A stretch of 64,000 bases of DNA from Octopus bimaculoides (Eukaryota), in NCBI RefSeq assembly GCF_001194135.2, contig NC_068999.1, positions 13,489,146 to 13,553,145 on the forward strand, written 5' to 3'. Shown piece by piece: positions 1-14,338 of this stretch. Position numbers and translations under genes: made by a program. The notes beneath the pieces are model-generated. The model searched no databases. It saw only the letters and a list, made by a program, of their open reading frames with translations, and was not told where the DNA came from. The number at the start of each line of letters is the position of its first letter. The first letter of the stretch is position 1.

Positions 1-63
<63 letters not shown>
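1..63. repeat. (AT)n(AC)n compound microsatellite
   Basis: Directly visible tandem dinucleotides. Confidence 0.95.
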
Positions 64-67
<4 letters not shown>

Positions 68-599
68 TGCATGTTTATATAAACGCACACATATATCTAT
101 TATCACATATGCATATGCAAACACATTGCAAGTGCTTACGTATATATGTGAGTGTGTATGTATATAGACGTTTTTACAACACAGTAGTGAATATTATTAT
201 ATACACTTGATTAAATACATACCGTGTTTATGCATAATGCAATCTTGTTTTCTATAATACATGATTTGTTTGTATATTAATTTCTTATCTCTTTTTTTAT
301 CCTTTGCGAAAAGATATAAGTACTGACGTAATGTTCATGAGATTACCAAATTATTAGTGTATTCTGATAAATATATTTATATAAACCTCACCTGATAACC
401 ATAATTTCTAATCCTTTATCGCCTAAGTTCTTTCTTATACGGATAAATCCTTCACACAATATTCAGTTCAACTTTACTTTTTTATACTTTACATTTACGC
501 AGTTTAGTTACTTATATATTTTTCACAAATGCTCTTTTGTTTTTAGTTCTATATCACATTTTGTCGCTTATAAGATTTCATGCCTCCTTCTAATCATTT

Positions 600-910
600 C
601 CTTCGTCATCGTAGTCATCATAAAAATCCTCTTCCTCGTCGTCATCAACGACATCATGATCGTGAACTTCGTTCTCATCATTAACATCATCATCGTGATC
701 AACATTATTAACATATTATTCGTCACTGTTGTCTTGATATATCATCACCACAATTATCATCCTCGTATTTGGCATTATTCTCTCTGTGCTCGTTGATGCC
801 ATTGTCACATATATCACTGACATCTGAGTCGTTTTATTGAAAATAATAATCCCCATTGTCGTTGCTGTCTTCGCCGGCAATGCCTACTTTCTCACCGACA
901 TCATCATTGT
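600..910. repeat. Decayed (ATC/GTC)n trinucleotide low-complexity tract
   Basis: 3-nt periodicity of atc/gtc/att units with many substitutions. Confidence 0.6.
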
Positions 911-1500
911 CTTATATATTACTCGGTTATATCAGTTCACAGACTGTGCATAAATCTTATTTTTTAACGATGATTAAAATTAACGTAAATTATTTCTATG
1001 CTTGATGAAATAACGCACTATGATTTTGCAGTTTTATTTTTTTAAACTACTTATGTATACTGTAGTATGAGTTCTATAACTTATAAAATAGATATATTGG
1101 CAATACTATACAGTACAATTATATTGTTCGTCACCATGTAATAAATCTTTTCAGCTGGCAGAGAAAGCTTGCATTTGAATAGGCTAAATTATTGACAGTT
1201 GTTATATATTGTCCGTAGATATAACGTGTACTAAAGGACAACTTTTAAAAAAAGTAGCAAATGATGTTATCGGAACAATTTATCGGAAAGACAGAATCTA
1301 ATTATGAAGCAATATGTTAAAATGAATATATAAATGTGGGTGTGTGTGTATTCATATGTATGTGTGTGTATATATACACACTGACATACATACGTACACA
1401 CATACAGACTGTCAGCCACAAACACACACACTCTTACATATACATACACACGCACATATATGTGTATAAATAATGTTTTACTTGTTTCACTCATAAATTG

Positions 1501-1645
1501 GACCATGCTGGAACGCCACCTTCGAAACTTTTACTAGAATTGGTCGCAATATATTTAAATACTGTCATTTACTCTATCGGTGCTAGGCTGTTGTAGAAGA
1601 CAACAAAACAAGGTACAGCCCAGTGGAAATGAACCCGGAGATACA
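1501..1645 (-). mobile_element. Degenerate tRNA-derived SINE, family A (CORE-like Octopus SINE), partial
   Basis: gaccatgctggaacgccaccttcgaa...tactctatcggt...tagaagacaac...aaggt...cagtggaaatgaacccgga matches the reverse of the copy at 13069 and the recalled consensus. Confidence 0.55.
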
Positions 1646-2279
1646 CGGCCATCTATAATTCACATTAGAATTGTATTTTCACTTATATCAAATCTAGTTT
1701 TCCTGTTAGAATGTTCGCTTAGTTCGTAAGTCTATCTGCACATGGGTGAAAGTCGTTTGCGTTGAGGGGATAAAGGAATGAAAAGAAAAAAGAAATCTGT
1801 GCTAGTAGAAATATCAATTTGATATGGTTTGGAATTTGCCAGACATACCATTCAAAAGCTGTCTTCTTCCAAAACTATATACCTTTTAGAGTGGGTCTAT
1901 ATAGAATCGCATCTACATGGATAAGATAAGTAGCTGATAAGTTTTATACGATCGTTCATTTTTTTTACAGCATACTATCTAATCTTCCCATGCTTGGGCC
2001 ACACCAGAATAGTACTACTAGTCATAGAAAACAACCTGATTGTACAGTTAACTCACATTGGATACGAAAATATTTGTGATAAATGCGATGTCAAGATAAA
2101 CTCTTCTAACGAAATATACAAAGATTTAACTTACTCCGAATTTAAGTATTGACATTACGAGCACAAATATTCTTTAAGCAATCTCGAAAAATGAAAGGCA
2201 ATTCGAATATGTGCATGCATTTGGCATCCGTAAATACTACATGGCAAGCGAATGACTGAGGGCATCTTCACTCTGCACT

Positions 2280-2480
2280 ACCGCATCACATAAGACGTCA
2301 CCCTCTGATTTATATGTAAGTGAAATTTTTCAGGTACAATTCACTCGTGAGGAAATACTGAATAAGAATCTAACCTTGTAAGACATATTGTCTCTCACTA
2401 GGCTTGCAATATCTACCTGAAACTGTCTACGTCCCAGCGGGGGCGTAACACACTAAAATAGGTGACAAATACAGTTTACA
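2280..2480 (+). mobile_element. Possible highly decayed Penelope-like RT remnant
   Basis: Broken frames read DVTLxFI and TLxDILSLTRLAIST, resembling PLE RT DVxSLFT and DIxxLLxLCL; several stops. Confidence 0.25.
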
Positions 2481-2699
2481 TGGGTATTTAAATATGAATA
2501 AACGCCCACAATCTCATACACATTTCCGGTAGATGAGCTAAGTTGCAAACATGTCTCTAAAATTGGAACCGTTAATCAATTATATAGAAACGATCCTATA
2601 ATTTCGTCTATAAAGCCGCTACAGATCCTACACACGTGCAAACAAACGCGTTAGTACACACATACATACACATATGCTTGGATATACATATAGTGTGTC

Positions 2700-2747
2700 C
2701 GTTTGTGTGTGTGTGTTTGTGTGTGTGTGTGCTTGTGTGTGTGTGTT

Positions 2748-2787
<40 letters not shown>

Positions 2788-2790
2788 TGT
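2700..2790. repeat. (GT)n microsatellite
   Basis: Directly visible. Confidence 0.9.
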
Positions 2791-5483
2791 TAATTTTCCA
2801 GTTCGCTGTATACACATTTAACGTATTATTGAGGATATTCTTTTCAAATCGAAAAAAATATAGGAAAATGATCTAAATATCACGAAATCACAAGAATTTA
2901 TTCATGCAAGGGTATGTCATCAAATATACTTTTCTTTGTAATTTTGTGAGCATTAATATTTTCAGTATTTANNNNNNNNNNNNNNNNNNNNNNNNNNNNN
3001 NNNNNNNNNNNNNNNNNNNNNNNNNNNNNNNNNNNNNNNNNNNNNNNNNNNNNNNNNNNNNNNNNNNNNNNNNNNNNNNNNNNNNNNNNNNNNNNNNNNN
3101 NNNNNNNNNNNNNNNNNNNNNNNNNNNNNNNNNNNNNNNNNNNNNNNNNNNNNNTATATATATATATATATATATGTACGTATGTATATATGCATACATA
3201 CGCACACACGCGCACACATATATTTGTATGCATGATTCTGTATAGAGTGCTATGACAATAAAATCGAATAAAAATGTTTAACAAATGCACAAAAAGTGTC
3301 TCTCCCACAGGCTATGTATTATGTGACTGTGAACTGGTTTCTTCACTCTGTTCTGTCTTCTGCAAACATGACGTTGTGTTATAAATAAGAGGTAAATATA
3401 AATGAAATGACGCACGATTGTTTATAGAAATTGAACTTATTCACGGCATAATGAAAAGAACGGGAAACGACAGAGGCGGATAACAACTCTTATGCAGATA
3501 CACATTTTACAATGCAAGAAGATAGGCGTGTTTTCAGATACGTATATGTAGGCACCGAAAAATTGCAACATGCTTTGATAATGTTAACCAAACACAAAAA
3601 TCACTCGTATGTATATAGTTTTCTATATTTGAGTATATTTGTGTGTATATATCAAAATATGCGTGTGTGTGCGTGCGTGTGTGTGTATATCTGCATAAAG
3701 GTACACGTTAAAAGCACACTCACCTATTTATTGTTATACATAAATGCTGACCGACAAACAGACAATACTAAGAAAATGAATAACAAGTAAGAGTGAAGTA
3801 TTACGATTTCCGGAAACGGATGACTGTCTAAATTTAGGCTAAAGTGGAATAAGTTCAATCAGGTAAAACATGGAAATCTGCAACTAATAATTATCTATCT
3901 TGCAGCCAAGTTAACGTTTATGTTGCATCATTTAAAAACAAAGTTATTGCCACGTGGTAGGATGATTGCTAGACAGCAGATAATTATATCGTATTTTATT
4001 TATTATTGTCATTTACAATATGATTAGAATTCCCATTGATGTCAAATGTTCCTCTCAATAGTCTCCAAAATGTTAAGTACCAATCAGATTCTGGAATCAC
4101 GTCATTGATTATTGCCATCCCTCAAAATATTTCTTTGTGTATTATACTTGTGAAATATCAGAAAACCTTGATTCATCTACCTTTCAGAATATATAGCGTA
4201 ACTTCAGAACCACGAAAATATTCTGGATCAACTATTAAAAGTGGAATATTGTTGTTTGTTACAATAATAACGAGGAAGGTATTAAATAAACACAGAAATC
4301 AACCGGAGAACATACAGTAGTGGATATGGAACACAAGAATGACCAAGATGTGAACTGAAGTTGTGTGTCAGTCAATTTACAACGGAACGGGCATTTCTTT
4401 AAAGGTACGATTTCGAAGCAGATACAGATCGGCTACATGAATCAACCAAACTGTAAGTATGGTGCTCGATTAAAATAGAAATTCTATGCAATTAAGGATT
4501 TTATGGAGCAGGGATTACTTAAAAGGCGATAAATGGAATTTGACATATTATGATGAAAGCGAAAATTCATTATATGAACATGAACTGTAGAAGGCAAATA
4601 ATACGTGCCCACTTAAAAATCAAATATTGTAGAGCTACGTTAAAATCATCAGGATATTTCATGTAGTAGCTCATTTCTCGCAAACGATATTCAATTTGTC
4701 ATTAAACAAATGGCTAATATCTGAAATCAAAAAGCAAAAACTTTGAACGGTGGAACGCTGGAAGATGAGTATATATGTGAAAGATAAATTCAATAATGTC
4801 TAAAAATCTCCGGTATGACCAAAGACGCATTAGATGTTACCTGGGATGTACAAATATAGAGAATTTGTATTTTACTGAAACATGAGATGAATATCAAATG
4901 ATGTCTATGAATCATTATATTTTAGAGATACATCTGCTTGCTGTCGGAATGTATAGTGAAACCAAAGACGATATAGTATATTTTCACTCTCATTTCGCGA
5001 ATTGATATGCATCGTTAAATACAATTCTACAAAAAAATATGGATATGGTATGTGCAGTAAATTACAATTGGAAATGAAGTACGCATCGTCTATAGTTACC
5101 AACGAAAAAGGAACGAGTATATGTGTAGGTAGCGTTATCTTTTGTTCAAATTTTGAAATTGTTGAACGCAGCGACATTGAAATCAAATGAACATTATATG
5201 GAATTAATGGATAAAGATATATTAAAATGGGAGGTATAATAAACGAGATTGTAATTGCTTTCATCGCTAGATATCCAAATTAAGACAGTTTCAATCAAAT
5301 ATAACAATATGCAAAATACTATTTCGGCACGGCTAACGCGAGGCAAATACTACGTAATGGACGCAAAATAAAACAATATAGGCTGAGCGGTTTAATGCAC
5401 ACTCATCAGAAATAAAGGACATAACCTAGTTATTTTCCTTCAAACGACATAGCAAGCTATATGTTAGAGCACTCCGCGATATC

Positions 5484-5567
5484 TTCTCTCTCTCTCTCTC
5501 CCTCTCTCTCTCTCTCTTTCCCTCTCTCTCTCTCTCTCCCTCTCTCTCTCTCTCTCCCTCTCTCTCT
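5484..5567. repeat. (CT)n microsatellite with periodic CCC interruptions
   Basis: Directly visible. Confidence 0.9.
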
Positions 5568-7599
5568 ACCCAACTATTAGCTTTTGTTTACCTGCACTTA
5601 TATTTCCAAGGCATTTTCATTTTATGCAACATCATTTGACATTACACTCTCGCGCTTTCTAGTTTTGTAGTGAATTTCCGCTCTTTAAATGACAAAAAGT
5701 TGTAATATATCAACAGGAGACAACTTCCGCATTCTTCAAAAGGTCCATATCTTATAATGTTAATAAGCTTTTGCATTTCTCGTTTTTTTGCCCCTTTTTA
5801 CTGTTCAATATCACTCATTACGTAAGTTGTTTTTTATGCCTTGGACATATCTATCCAGAATTTCTTTGATGTGTTCTCCATTTCATGATTAATACCAGAT
5901 ATTTATATATTTCAACTTATTTAGAGGTTGTTTCCATATTACTCACGTTGAATTTTTTTTTTCATATCCGTACACTTTTTCCTCTTAAAACTTAGATCTG
6001 TGTTCTCGATTAGATATACAAACGTACGAGCTAACATTTATGGATGTTGCTCAACTGTGTCTACAACGATTCTAGGATATTTGTTGAAAAGAACATTTGT
6101 GAGACTTATTTCATGAAAGGAACATTTTTTAGGGTAACGCTTTTACTTGATTAGAGTATAATAAGCGCGTATATTCAGATTTTAATGAGTTTTGTTCCAT
6201 AGATCATTATTTATGAAATAGTCATTCAAATTCATATTGGTGTCACCGTCTGAAACTAAATTTCGAAGATCTTCATATCTGACACTGTATGCTGTATGAA
6301 CACCAATGGTACAATTCAACTAAGTAAACAGCAAGAAATCGTTAGTGATGTTTATTTGTCCGGATATAACAACGATTCACTGCATAGTGTCGCTAGAAAA
6401 TCCATTCTCTCCCATAGGCATCTGTATTTTAATAAGCACATTTTGCCACTAGTGAGATTCTAAAAATAATAGCTAGGAGTACTCCGAAGTAACTGCATGA
6501 ATATTTGAAAACAGTTCCAGTCAGGTAACAACTTGATCAAAACAACACATCCATGAGCTAAAAACGGTGACTAACCTTGCTGAGTGGAACCCTCATCATC
6601 TGACTGCCTCTTAACTTCATCATATTGAAGCTTTCTGTTCAACATTGAAGAGTAGACATTTCGGGGTAGGAATATCACACGTTATCATAGGTGGGTACTC
6701 AGTAAACGTATCCAGCAAGAACGACAACGCTTAACAGCCAATGAAAGAATAGAATCGATACCCAAAATTGTATTGCACCCGAATAATGTTTGGCTGTTTA
6801 TGTTTGAGGTCGTATAGCCTGAAGTATGTAACCGAAACCGGTGAGGTAATGATGAAAGATTTAATCATTATAAATAGTTTTCCTTTGCTTCACAACTTGA
6901 TATTACGCCTGTAGGAAACACACTTTGGAGAAATAAATGGGATTATGTTATAAAGGGCAATATTATCCTGATGACACAAATCAATGAGGACCGAGTTTTG
7001 GAGCCGGTTTGCTGAAATTGTGAAGATATACACATGGGAAACCTTAAACAATTCCAATTAGATCGATTTGAGCTGATATCCAAATTGCCAGTGGTTTCAA
7101 TACTTTATTAAATATATACTACAATCAAAATAATAGTTTAATACATGTAATGAATTTTGCAATATCAAAATGATCAAAATCTACTCAATACGTAGTAAAA
7201 AGGATTTCATAACAATTTTAATGCGTTGCTTGTCCTTTGCTGTGTGAAAGTAGTTATAGCCTTCAACTTCTTAGAGACAATATACTCTTGTTCATGGCTC
7301 AAATACTACATAGAATTTTAGGAAGTTGAGGCTTGTTTATATTTTTCAATTGTAAATCACATATATAATGATCATTGACGCTAGGTAAGTATTCAAGAGG
7401 GGAGAATTTCTTCTCATTTGGTGTTAATCTGGTCATTCCCAAGGTGAGTGAAATACGATTTTATTAGTTCTCATTACCCCGATCAAAATTATAATTTTTA
7501 TCACGTACCTAGCAATAGATGTATTTTATCGCTGTACCAGAATCGTGTCAATATCTCCAGTTACATTACATTGATCTGTGTCAGTATCAATCTCAATTT

Positions 7600-8075
7600 T
7601 TCTTATATCCACCTCTTCCCCTCATTTTCACACATTTTCATTTTTATTTTAAAACATTTCGCACCACTTCATTTATCCCTGTCTCATCTACAGAGATGCC
7701 CGCTTTCTGTCTGCTTTTCCATTTGCCTCCATTTCTCGATGCCTTTCTCTTACATTGTGTATCTGCTCGCTCTGGTTATCACTTTCTCCCTCTGTTTTTC
7801 CTCTCTCTTTGTCTTTTCGATTTACTACTTTCCTCTTCTCACCTAATCTATCTGCCTTTCGCACTTCGCATTATGACCCTCTCTCCCATCTTCGTTTTTC
7901 TCTCTCGGATTCTTTATCTCTGTTTATGTGTTCTGTCTTTTCGTTTATTTCCCTTGTTACTTTTACATCACTTTCTATGAACCAGTCTCTCTTTCTCTCC
8001 TCGTCTCTGTCTCTACTCCTATATCTTCTGCTATATACTCCTATTTCTTCCTGTCATATCTTCCTGTATGTATTA
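7600..8075. repeat. Decayed pyrimidine-rich (CT-derived) low-complexity tract
   Basis: Strong C/T strand bias; explains the Ser/Leu/Phe-rich ORFs at 7448-8084. Confidence 0.65.
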
Positions 8076-8089
8076 ACAACATAGGCCTC

Positions 8090-8850
8090 GGCTAAACAAA
8101 CTACACCAAAGAAATTATTACCTTTAAAAGAAAAGGAAACTGGCAGTTTTAATGATTAAGACAATAGCCATTGCGTGGAACCTGGTAGAGAGGTCACCAT
8201 GAACCTATCTAGTTGTGGAGAACCTCAAAAGCTTTGGTTTTCACAGAACCACCAATCGAATCGAAATAAAGAACAAATTCGTTGGGCTGTGTGCAAAGAA
8301 GAAATGAATCGTTCAATCATGGTTATAATATCCATCTCACATTTGTAAAAACCAAACTAAGCAGACACGGTATAGTCGGAGAAAAGAATAAGCCGTGCTG
8401 TGGAAGCCTATAGGGCACTCTACAAGTTATAGTCAGTGGAGCCTCAAGGATCTGTTTTCGAATTAATGCAGTTTATGCCGCCTCTTTCAGTTATCCACAA
8501 AAACGGAAAATGAAAGAAGTAAACTTGATCCGGAGATAGACTAAATGTATTTGTTGTCCGTCAGTTCACCAAAGGAAAAGTTATCCATTTGCTGGAACTT
8601 TCGTATCTAAATTAGTCATGGGTTAGATTTATGTGATCTGAAAATAATATGCTATCTTTCACCTATACACAAATTGCATGTCTTAGATACATTCTCCTAC
8701 ATCATTTCTCCACGATAAACAACCTGATTGTATGTGGTGGGCAGCTCTTTTCAAATGCCATCCAAAGCTAATCAATTTTGTGGCACTAGTTTTTTTTTCC
8801 ATATCGCAGAAAGTAGATTCGTGCTTTAAACAACGTGTTTTGAAATTGCC
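8090..8850 (+). mobile_element. Decayed CR1/L2-like LINE reverse transcriptase fragment
   Basis: Ordered degenerate motifs across frameshifts: EIITFKRKGN, TKLSRHGI, PQGSVF (near 8440), QFTKGKVIHL (near 8560), KANQ, corresponding to CR1 RT PxFKKG, KLxxxGI, GVPQGSVLGP, FNxxKCKVxH, KAN. Confidence 0.55.
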
Positions 8851-9057
8851 TTCTTAAAGCCGATGAATTTTCTTTTCATTTATATTATTTTGGAGCGTCA
8901 CTGTGACGTATCCACATTAGACGACAGAAATAATCACTCGTTACTTGCAAATGGGATTGGATACTTGATGATGCATACGAATGATAATGTACCCAATGTC
9001 TTTTTGTGTGTGTGCCTGTTGTGTGCGTGAGTACTTGCGCGTGGGTGGCTATGTATG

Positions 9058-9090
<33 letters not shown>

Positions 9091-9713
9091 NNNNNNNNNN
9101 NNNNNNNNNNNNNNNNNNNNNNNNNNNNNNNNNNNNNNNNNNNNNNNNNNNNNNNNNNNNNNNNNNNNNNNNNNNNNNNNNNNNNNNNNNNNNNNNNNNN
9201 NNNNNNNNNNNNNNNTGTGTGTGTGTGTGTGTGTGTGTGTGTATGCGTGTGTGTGTGTGTGCGTGTGTGTATTCAGCAGTAGCAAGTAACACGGCACATT
9301 TTAAATTTGCACATATCCATATTACATGCGGGTTTCTGTATGCGTTGTGAGTGTGTATCCCCCTATATATGTGTGTATGTATATGTATATATGTATTCGT
9401 GGATGTGTTTGCGTATATGTATGTGCATACGTAAAGCTGCAATAATGCGGATCGAACTGAACCCGACTTAAGTTTGGGAAATTGGTGACTTCTGAATCTA
9501 TATGGTACTTAGTAGCATCTTTTTCGAGTCAGTTTTATCACAAGATGTATTCCTTTCATTTCATAATATTTATATCTGCAGCACTTTCTACTTACTTGAA
9601 TGAGTGCCTTTGTCTTAGCTGCTATTTATGTAAATGTATATGTGTTCTCTCTGGAAATTACCTAAAGAATAATTTTCCGTGAATGTATACATATACATAC
9701 ATACATACATACA

Positions 9714-9745
<32 letters not shown>

Positions 9746-11020
9746 NNNNNNNNNNNNNNNNNNNNNNNNNNNNNNNNNNNNNNNNNNNNNNNNNNNNNNN
9801 NNNNNNNNNNNNNNNNNNNNNNNNNNNNNNNNNNNNNNNNNNNNNNNNNNNNNNNNNNNNNNNNNNNNNNNNNNNNNNNNNNNNNNNNNNNNNNNNNNNN
9901 NNNNNNNNNNNNNNNNNNNNNNNNNNNNNNNNNNNNNNNNNNNNNNNNNNNNNNNNNNNNNNNNNNNNNNNNNNNNNNNNNNNNNNNNNNNNNNNNNNNN
10001 NNNNNNNNNNNNNNNNNNNNNNNNNNNNNNNNNNNNNNNNNNNNNNNNNNNNNNNNNNNNNNNNNNNNNNNNNNNNNNNNNNNNNNNNNNNNNNNNNNNN
10101 NNNNNNNNNNNNNNNNNNNNNNNNNNNNNNNNNNNNNNNNNNNNNNNNNNNNNNNNNNNNNNNNNNNNNNNNNNNNNNNNNNNNNNNNNNNNNNNNNNNN
10201 NNNNNNNNNNNNNNNNNNNNNNNNNNNNNNNNNNNNNNNNNNNNNNNNNNNNNNNNNNNNNNNNNNNNNNNNNNNNNNNNNNNNNNNNNNNNNNNNNNNN
10301 NNNNNNNNNNNNNNNNNNNNNNNNNNNNNNNNNNNNNNNNNNNNNNNNNNNNNNNNNNTATATATATATATATATCCTGATGTTTTCGTATTTTGTTACA
10401 TCTCTTTTCAAAGTGTAGTAGCAAATGGATGGAATTTCTTGAAATACTTATTAAATTGGCTCCATTAGCTGCAACAAAGTTTCTATTTCAAGATCAGATC
10501 TAACATAAAGCACACATACAGGGAGTGATTTCCTGAAATATTTCATTGTAATAAGAAGTGAGACTACCAACTTTAGGCACAGCGTATTTGATGAAGATCT
10601 TTATGTAGTGATAATTGAAATCGTATAATCTTTAAATGGTATTGGATTCAGTTCATATATAAGTTTTATGCATTTCGGTTCTCACGTGAGAAAATTATTC
10701 AGTCACATTTGATAATATGTGAGAATATCTTTTTTATGAATATGAAGTAAATTGCCAACATTATTTCAACAGACTCAAAATAGAAGTACTTATAGTTCCA
10801 GGATCTTGAGATGCGTATGCATCCATATATACATAAAACGTGGAGAAACTCGTGCCCATAAATATCTATTTAGCTCCACCCATCACACGTACACATGCAC
10901 ACTCACACACACATTTACACAATCAAGCTAACACGAAAATATGTATATGGATATACGTATGTACACACACACACACACGCACACACACACACACAGACGC
11001 GCGCACACACACACACACAT

Positions 11021-11076
<56 letters not shown>

Positions 11077-13068
11077 GTATGTATGTATATTCNNNNNNNN
11101 NNNNNNNNNNNNNNNNNNNNNNNNNNNNNNNNNNNNNNNNNNNNNNNNNNNNNNNNNNNNNNNNNNNNNNNNNNNNNNNNNNNNNNNNNNNNNNNNNNNN
11201 NNNNNNNNNNNNNNNNNNNNNNNNNNNNNNNNNNNNNNNNNNNNNNNNNNNNNNNNNNNNNNNNNNNNNNNNNNNNNNNNNNNNNNNNNNNNNNNNNNNN
11301 NNNNNNNNNNNNNNNNNNNNNNNNNNNNNNNNNNNNNNNNNNNNNNNNNNNNNNNNNNNNNNNNNNNNNNNNNNNNNNNNNNNNNNNNNNNNNNNNNNNN
11401 NNNNNNNNNNNNNNNNNNNNNNNNNNNNNNNNNNNNNNNNNNNNNNNNNNNNNNNNNNNNNNNNNNNNNNNNNNNNNNNNNNNNNNNNNNNNNNNNNNNN
11501 NNNNNNNNNNNNNNNNNNNNNNNNNNNNNNNNNNNNNNNNNNNNNNNNNNNNNNNNNNNNNNNNNNNNNNNNNNNNNNNNNNNNNNNNNNNNNNNNNNNN
11601 NNNNNNNNNNNNNNNNNNNNNNNNNNNNNNNNNNNNNNNNNNNNNNNNNNNNNNNNNNNNNNNNNNNNNNNNNNNNNNNNNNNNNNNNNNNNNNNNNNNN
11701 NNNNNNNNNNNNNNNNNNNNNNNNNNNNNNNNNNNNNNNNNNNNNNNNNNNNNNNNNNNNNNNNNNNNNNNNNNNNNNNNNNNNNNNNNNNNNNNNNNNN
11801 NNNNNNNNNNNNNNNNNNNNNNNNNNNNNNNNNNNNNNNNNNNNNNNNNNNNNNNNNNNNNNNNNNNNNNNNNNNNNNNNNNNNNNNNNNNNNNNNNNNN
11901 NNNNNNNNNNNNNNNNNNNNNNNNNNNNNNNNNNATATATATATATATAATTAATATTATCATGACAATCATTCAATAGTTTCTAGAAATCTCGTGTACT
12001 TTTTTCCGAATGCAAAATAAATTATTTCTTGATTTCTTTCCTATTGCTGCAAAAACAGAGTTAAAATTTTCTAGACAAACATTAAAGAGAGTAAAACTGT
12101 ATTCTATACAAGTGTCAGTTTTATGTTTTCTTACTATGATGTAATCAATGAATACATCAATTTTCATTTTAACTGTAGATACATAATAAGAAGAAAGAGT
12201 GAAGTGACATTATATATAGATATATGGCATCACTGTAGAATATGTCATTCATAATCCGTACATAATTGTGAGGATGTTTGAGTAAAAGATAGATTAAGAT
12301 GCTGTCAGCAAATACTTAATCACTTATTGACTATAACAACTCTGCGGTTGCGGTTGAAATATAATCTTTAGTCTACATATCTTCATGTCATATTTCCTGC
12401 ACTATTTTTTGGTCATAAATGCATTACTGTTCGACGAGGGTGCATACGCACTCATACACACTCATACTCACACACGTGCACGCGAATATACGCCATTCAA
12501 TAACAGGTTGACTGGGTGCTATGCTACATCAATTTTCCTAGCCCTACAGTCCAAAAGTAGTTCATCATTTGGTTTGAATCGAAGCCGAACGAGCGAGATT
12601 TGTTAATGAAAAACTACGAATCTTGTGCAGGGTATCGAATCACAGTCTTTTCAAGACATTGCAACATTTTCCCATTTGCCTATAAACACACAAAGATACG
12701 CACATATATGTCTGTGTCCGTATACGTTTTAGTGCGTGCTTGTTTGTCCTTTGGGGCATTGAAACTTATTTCTTTATAGGGAAGTATTTAAAATAAATTG
12801 CTTTACTTTGATATCATATCTACAATTACATTAACATTGTTTACAAAAATCGCCATGCAGTCATATCTCTTTGAACCAAATATTGTCTAACCGTGTAGAA
12901 AATACGACTCAATATTTATTTATGAGAAATTATCGGATACTCCACAAAATAGTCAATGGATCTTTTACAGACAACGAAGCCATCGATGGCTTAGAGATCC
13001 AAGGTACAAATTGAGATTTACAGAGTTTGATTTGCTGTAGCATGAGGTAACCGCACGTCTGGTTGCAT

Positions 13069-13220
13069 AGGTGCAGATGTGGTTGTGTGGTAAGAGGTAT
13101 TGCATCCGGGTTTAATTACAGTGCGTAGCATTTTCAGGTTATATTTTACACCCGGCCGAACAAAATTTTCTGAATGAATTTTGAAGACGGAAACTGAAAC
13201 AAGCCCGTTGTATGTGCAAA
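13069..13220 (+). mobile_element. tRNA-derived SINE, family A, 5' portion
   Basis: Head gtggttgtgtggtaaga...ccgggtttaatt (A/B-box-like) then ccggccgaacaaaa...gacggaaactgaaacaagcccgt. Confidence 0.7.
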
Positions 13221-13564
13221 CATTTATGTGTGTGCACGTCGGAGTGTCCTCTACCACTACTTTATAACACCTATGTTAGTGAATTGAGCCGCAGCATGGT
13301 CACAGTCTAATAACTAAAACAAATTACGGAAATAAAATATATACGTAGACATACATATATATATANNNNNNNNNNNNNNNNNNNNNNNNNNNNNNNNNNN
13401 NNNNNNNNNNNNNNNNNNNNNNNNNNNNNNNNNNNNNNNNNNNNNNNNNNNNNNNNNNNNNNNNNNNNNNNNNNNNNNNNNNNNNNNNNNNNNNNNNNNN
13501 NNNNNNNNNNNNNNNNNNNNNNNNNNNNNNNNNNNNNNNNNNNNNNNNNNNNNNNNNNNNNNNN

Positions 13565-13604
<40 letters not shown>

Positions 13605-14210
13605 ATGTGTGTGTGTGTGTGGGGGGGTGTATGTGTGTGTACATATGTCCGATATATTGACAGTAAAGGAGCGAAGCACACCCTTCCAGCTCAGCAAGAC
13701 GAGTAGATCATGGTTTCCGTGTCTTCAGATCCTCTTACACCATCTCGGAGAGACGTAACGTGAAAATCATAGCTAAACACGTACAATCGTTGAAACAATG
13801 CAAAGATTGGAGATAAATGCAAAGCATAGTTCAAGAGCAGCAAGAACTGCACGTTATGCTAGGCTGAGAAGGGAGAGATTTTATGAGGCTCCCAATACTC
13901 AGGCTAATTGTGAGTGGAACTAAAGATTTTAATCTTTACTCACATTAAAGGAAATACATCCTCTCATATCTGCGTACTCCATTACGACTATAATCACCAG
14001 TCCCCCTGCTTCGGCCATCCACCAGTACCAGGTAGTGCGACAAAGAGTTTGACTAGAGCATACACAAACGTTCCCACAAAAACTCACGTCATAGCACAGT
14101 AGAACTCCATCTATTTTACTTCCCCTTCGAACCCTCAGTGTAAGATCACACACATTTTGTACTAATAGATACACTGAATACATACATGAATACTCCAGGA
14201 ATGTAATCTT

Positions 14211-14258
<48 letters not shown>

Positions 14259-14338
14259 GAGAGAGATAGATCGATCGATAGATAGATATATATATAGATA
14301 GATAGATAGATATATAGATAGATAGATAGATAGATAGA
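14211..14338. repeat. (AGAT)n tetranucleotide microsatellite
   Basis: Directly visible. Confidence 0.95.

Noticed and set aside
4036-4320. 94-aa ORF and overlapping Cys-containing frame, faintly like an LRR C-terminal cap plus transmembrane segment
   Set aside because: Needs several frameshifts and stops to assemble, and has no convincing motif.
5380-5412. CUGAUGA...AAACCGCUC on the minus strand
   Set aside because: No G12, marginal stem II and no stem I.
13701-13734. CUGAAGA-cacg-GAAA-ccaugauc on the minus strand
   Set aside because: No real stem II and stem I does not pair; probably chance. The surrounding 13690-13880 may be an R4 3' remnant but is too decayed to call.
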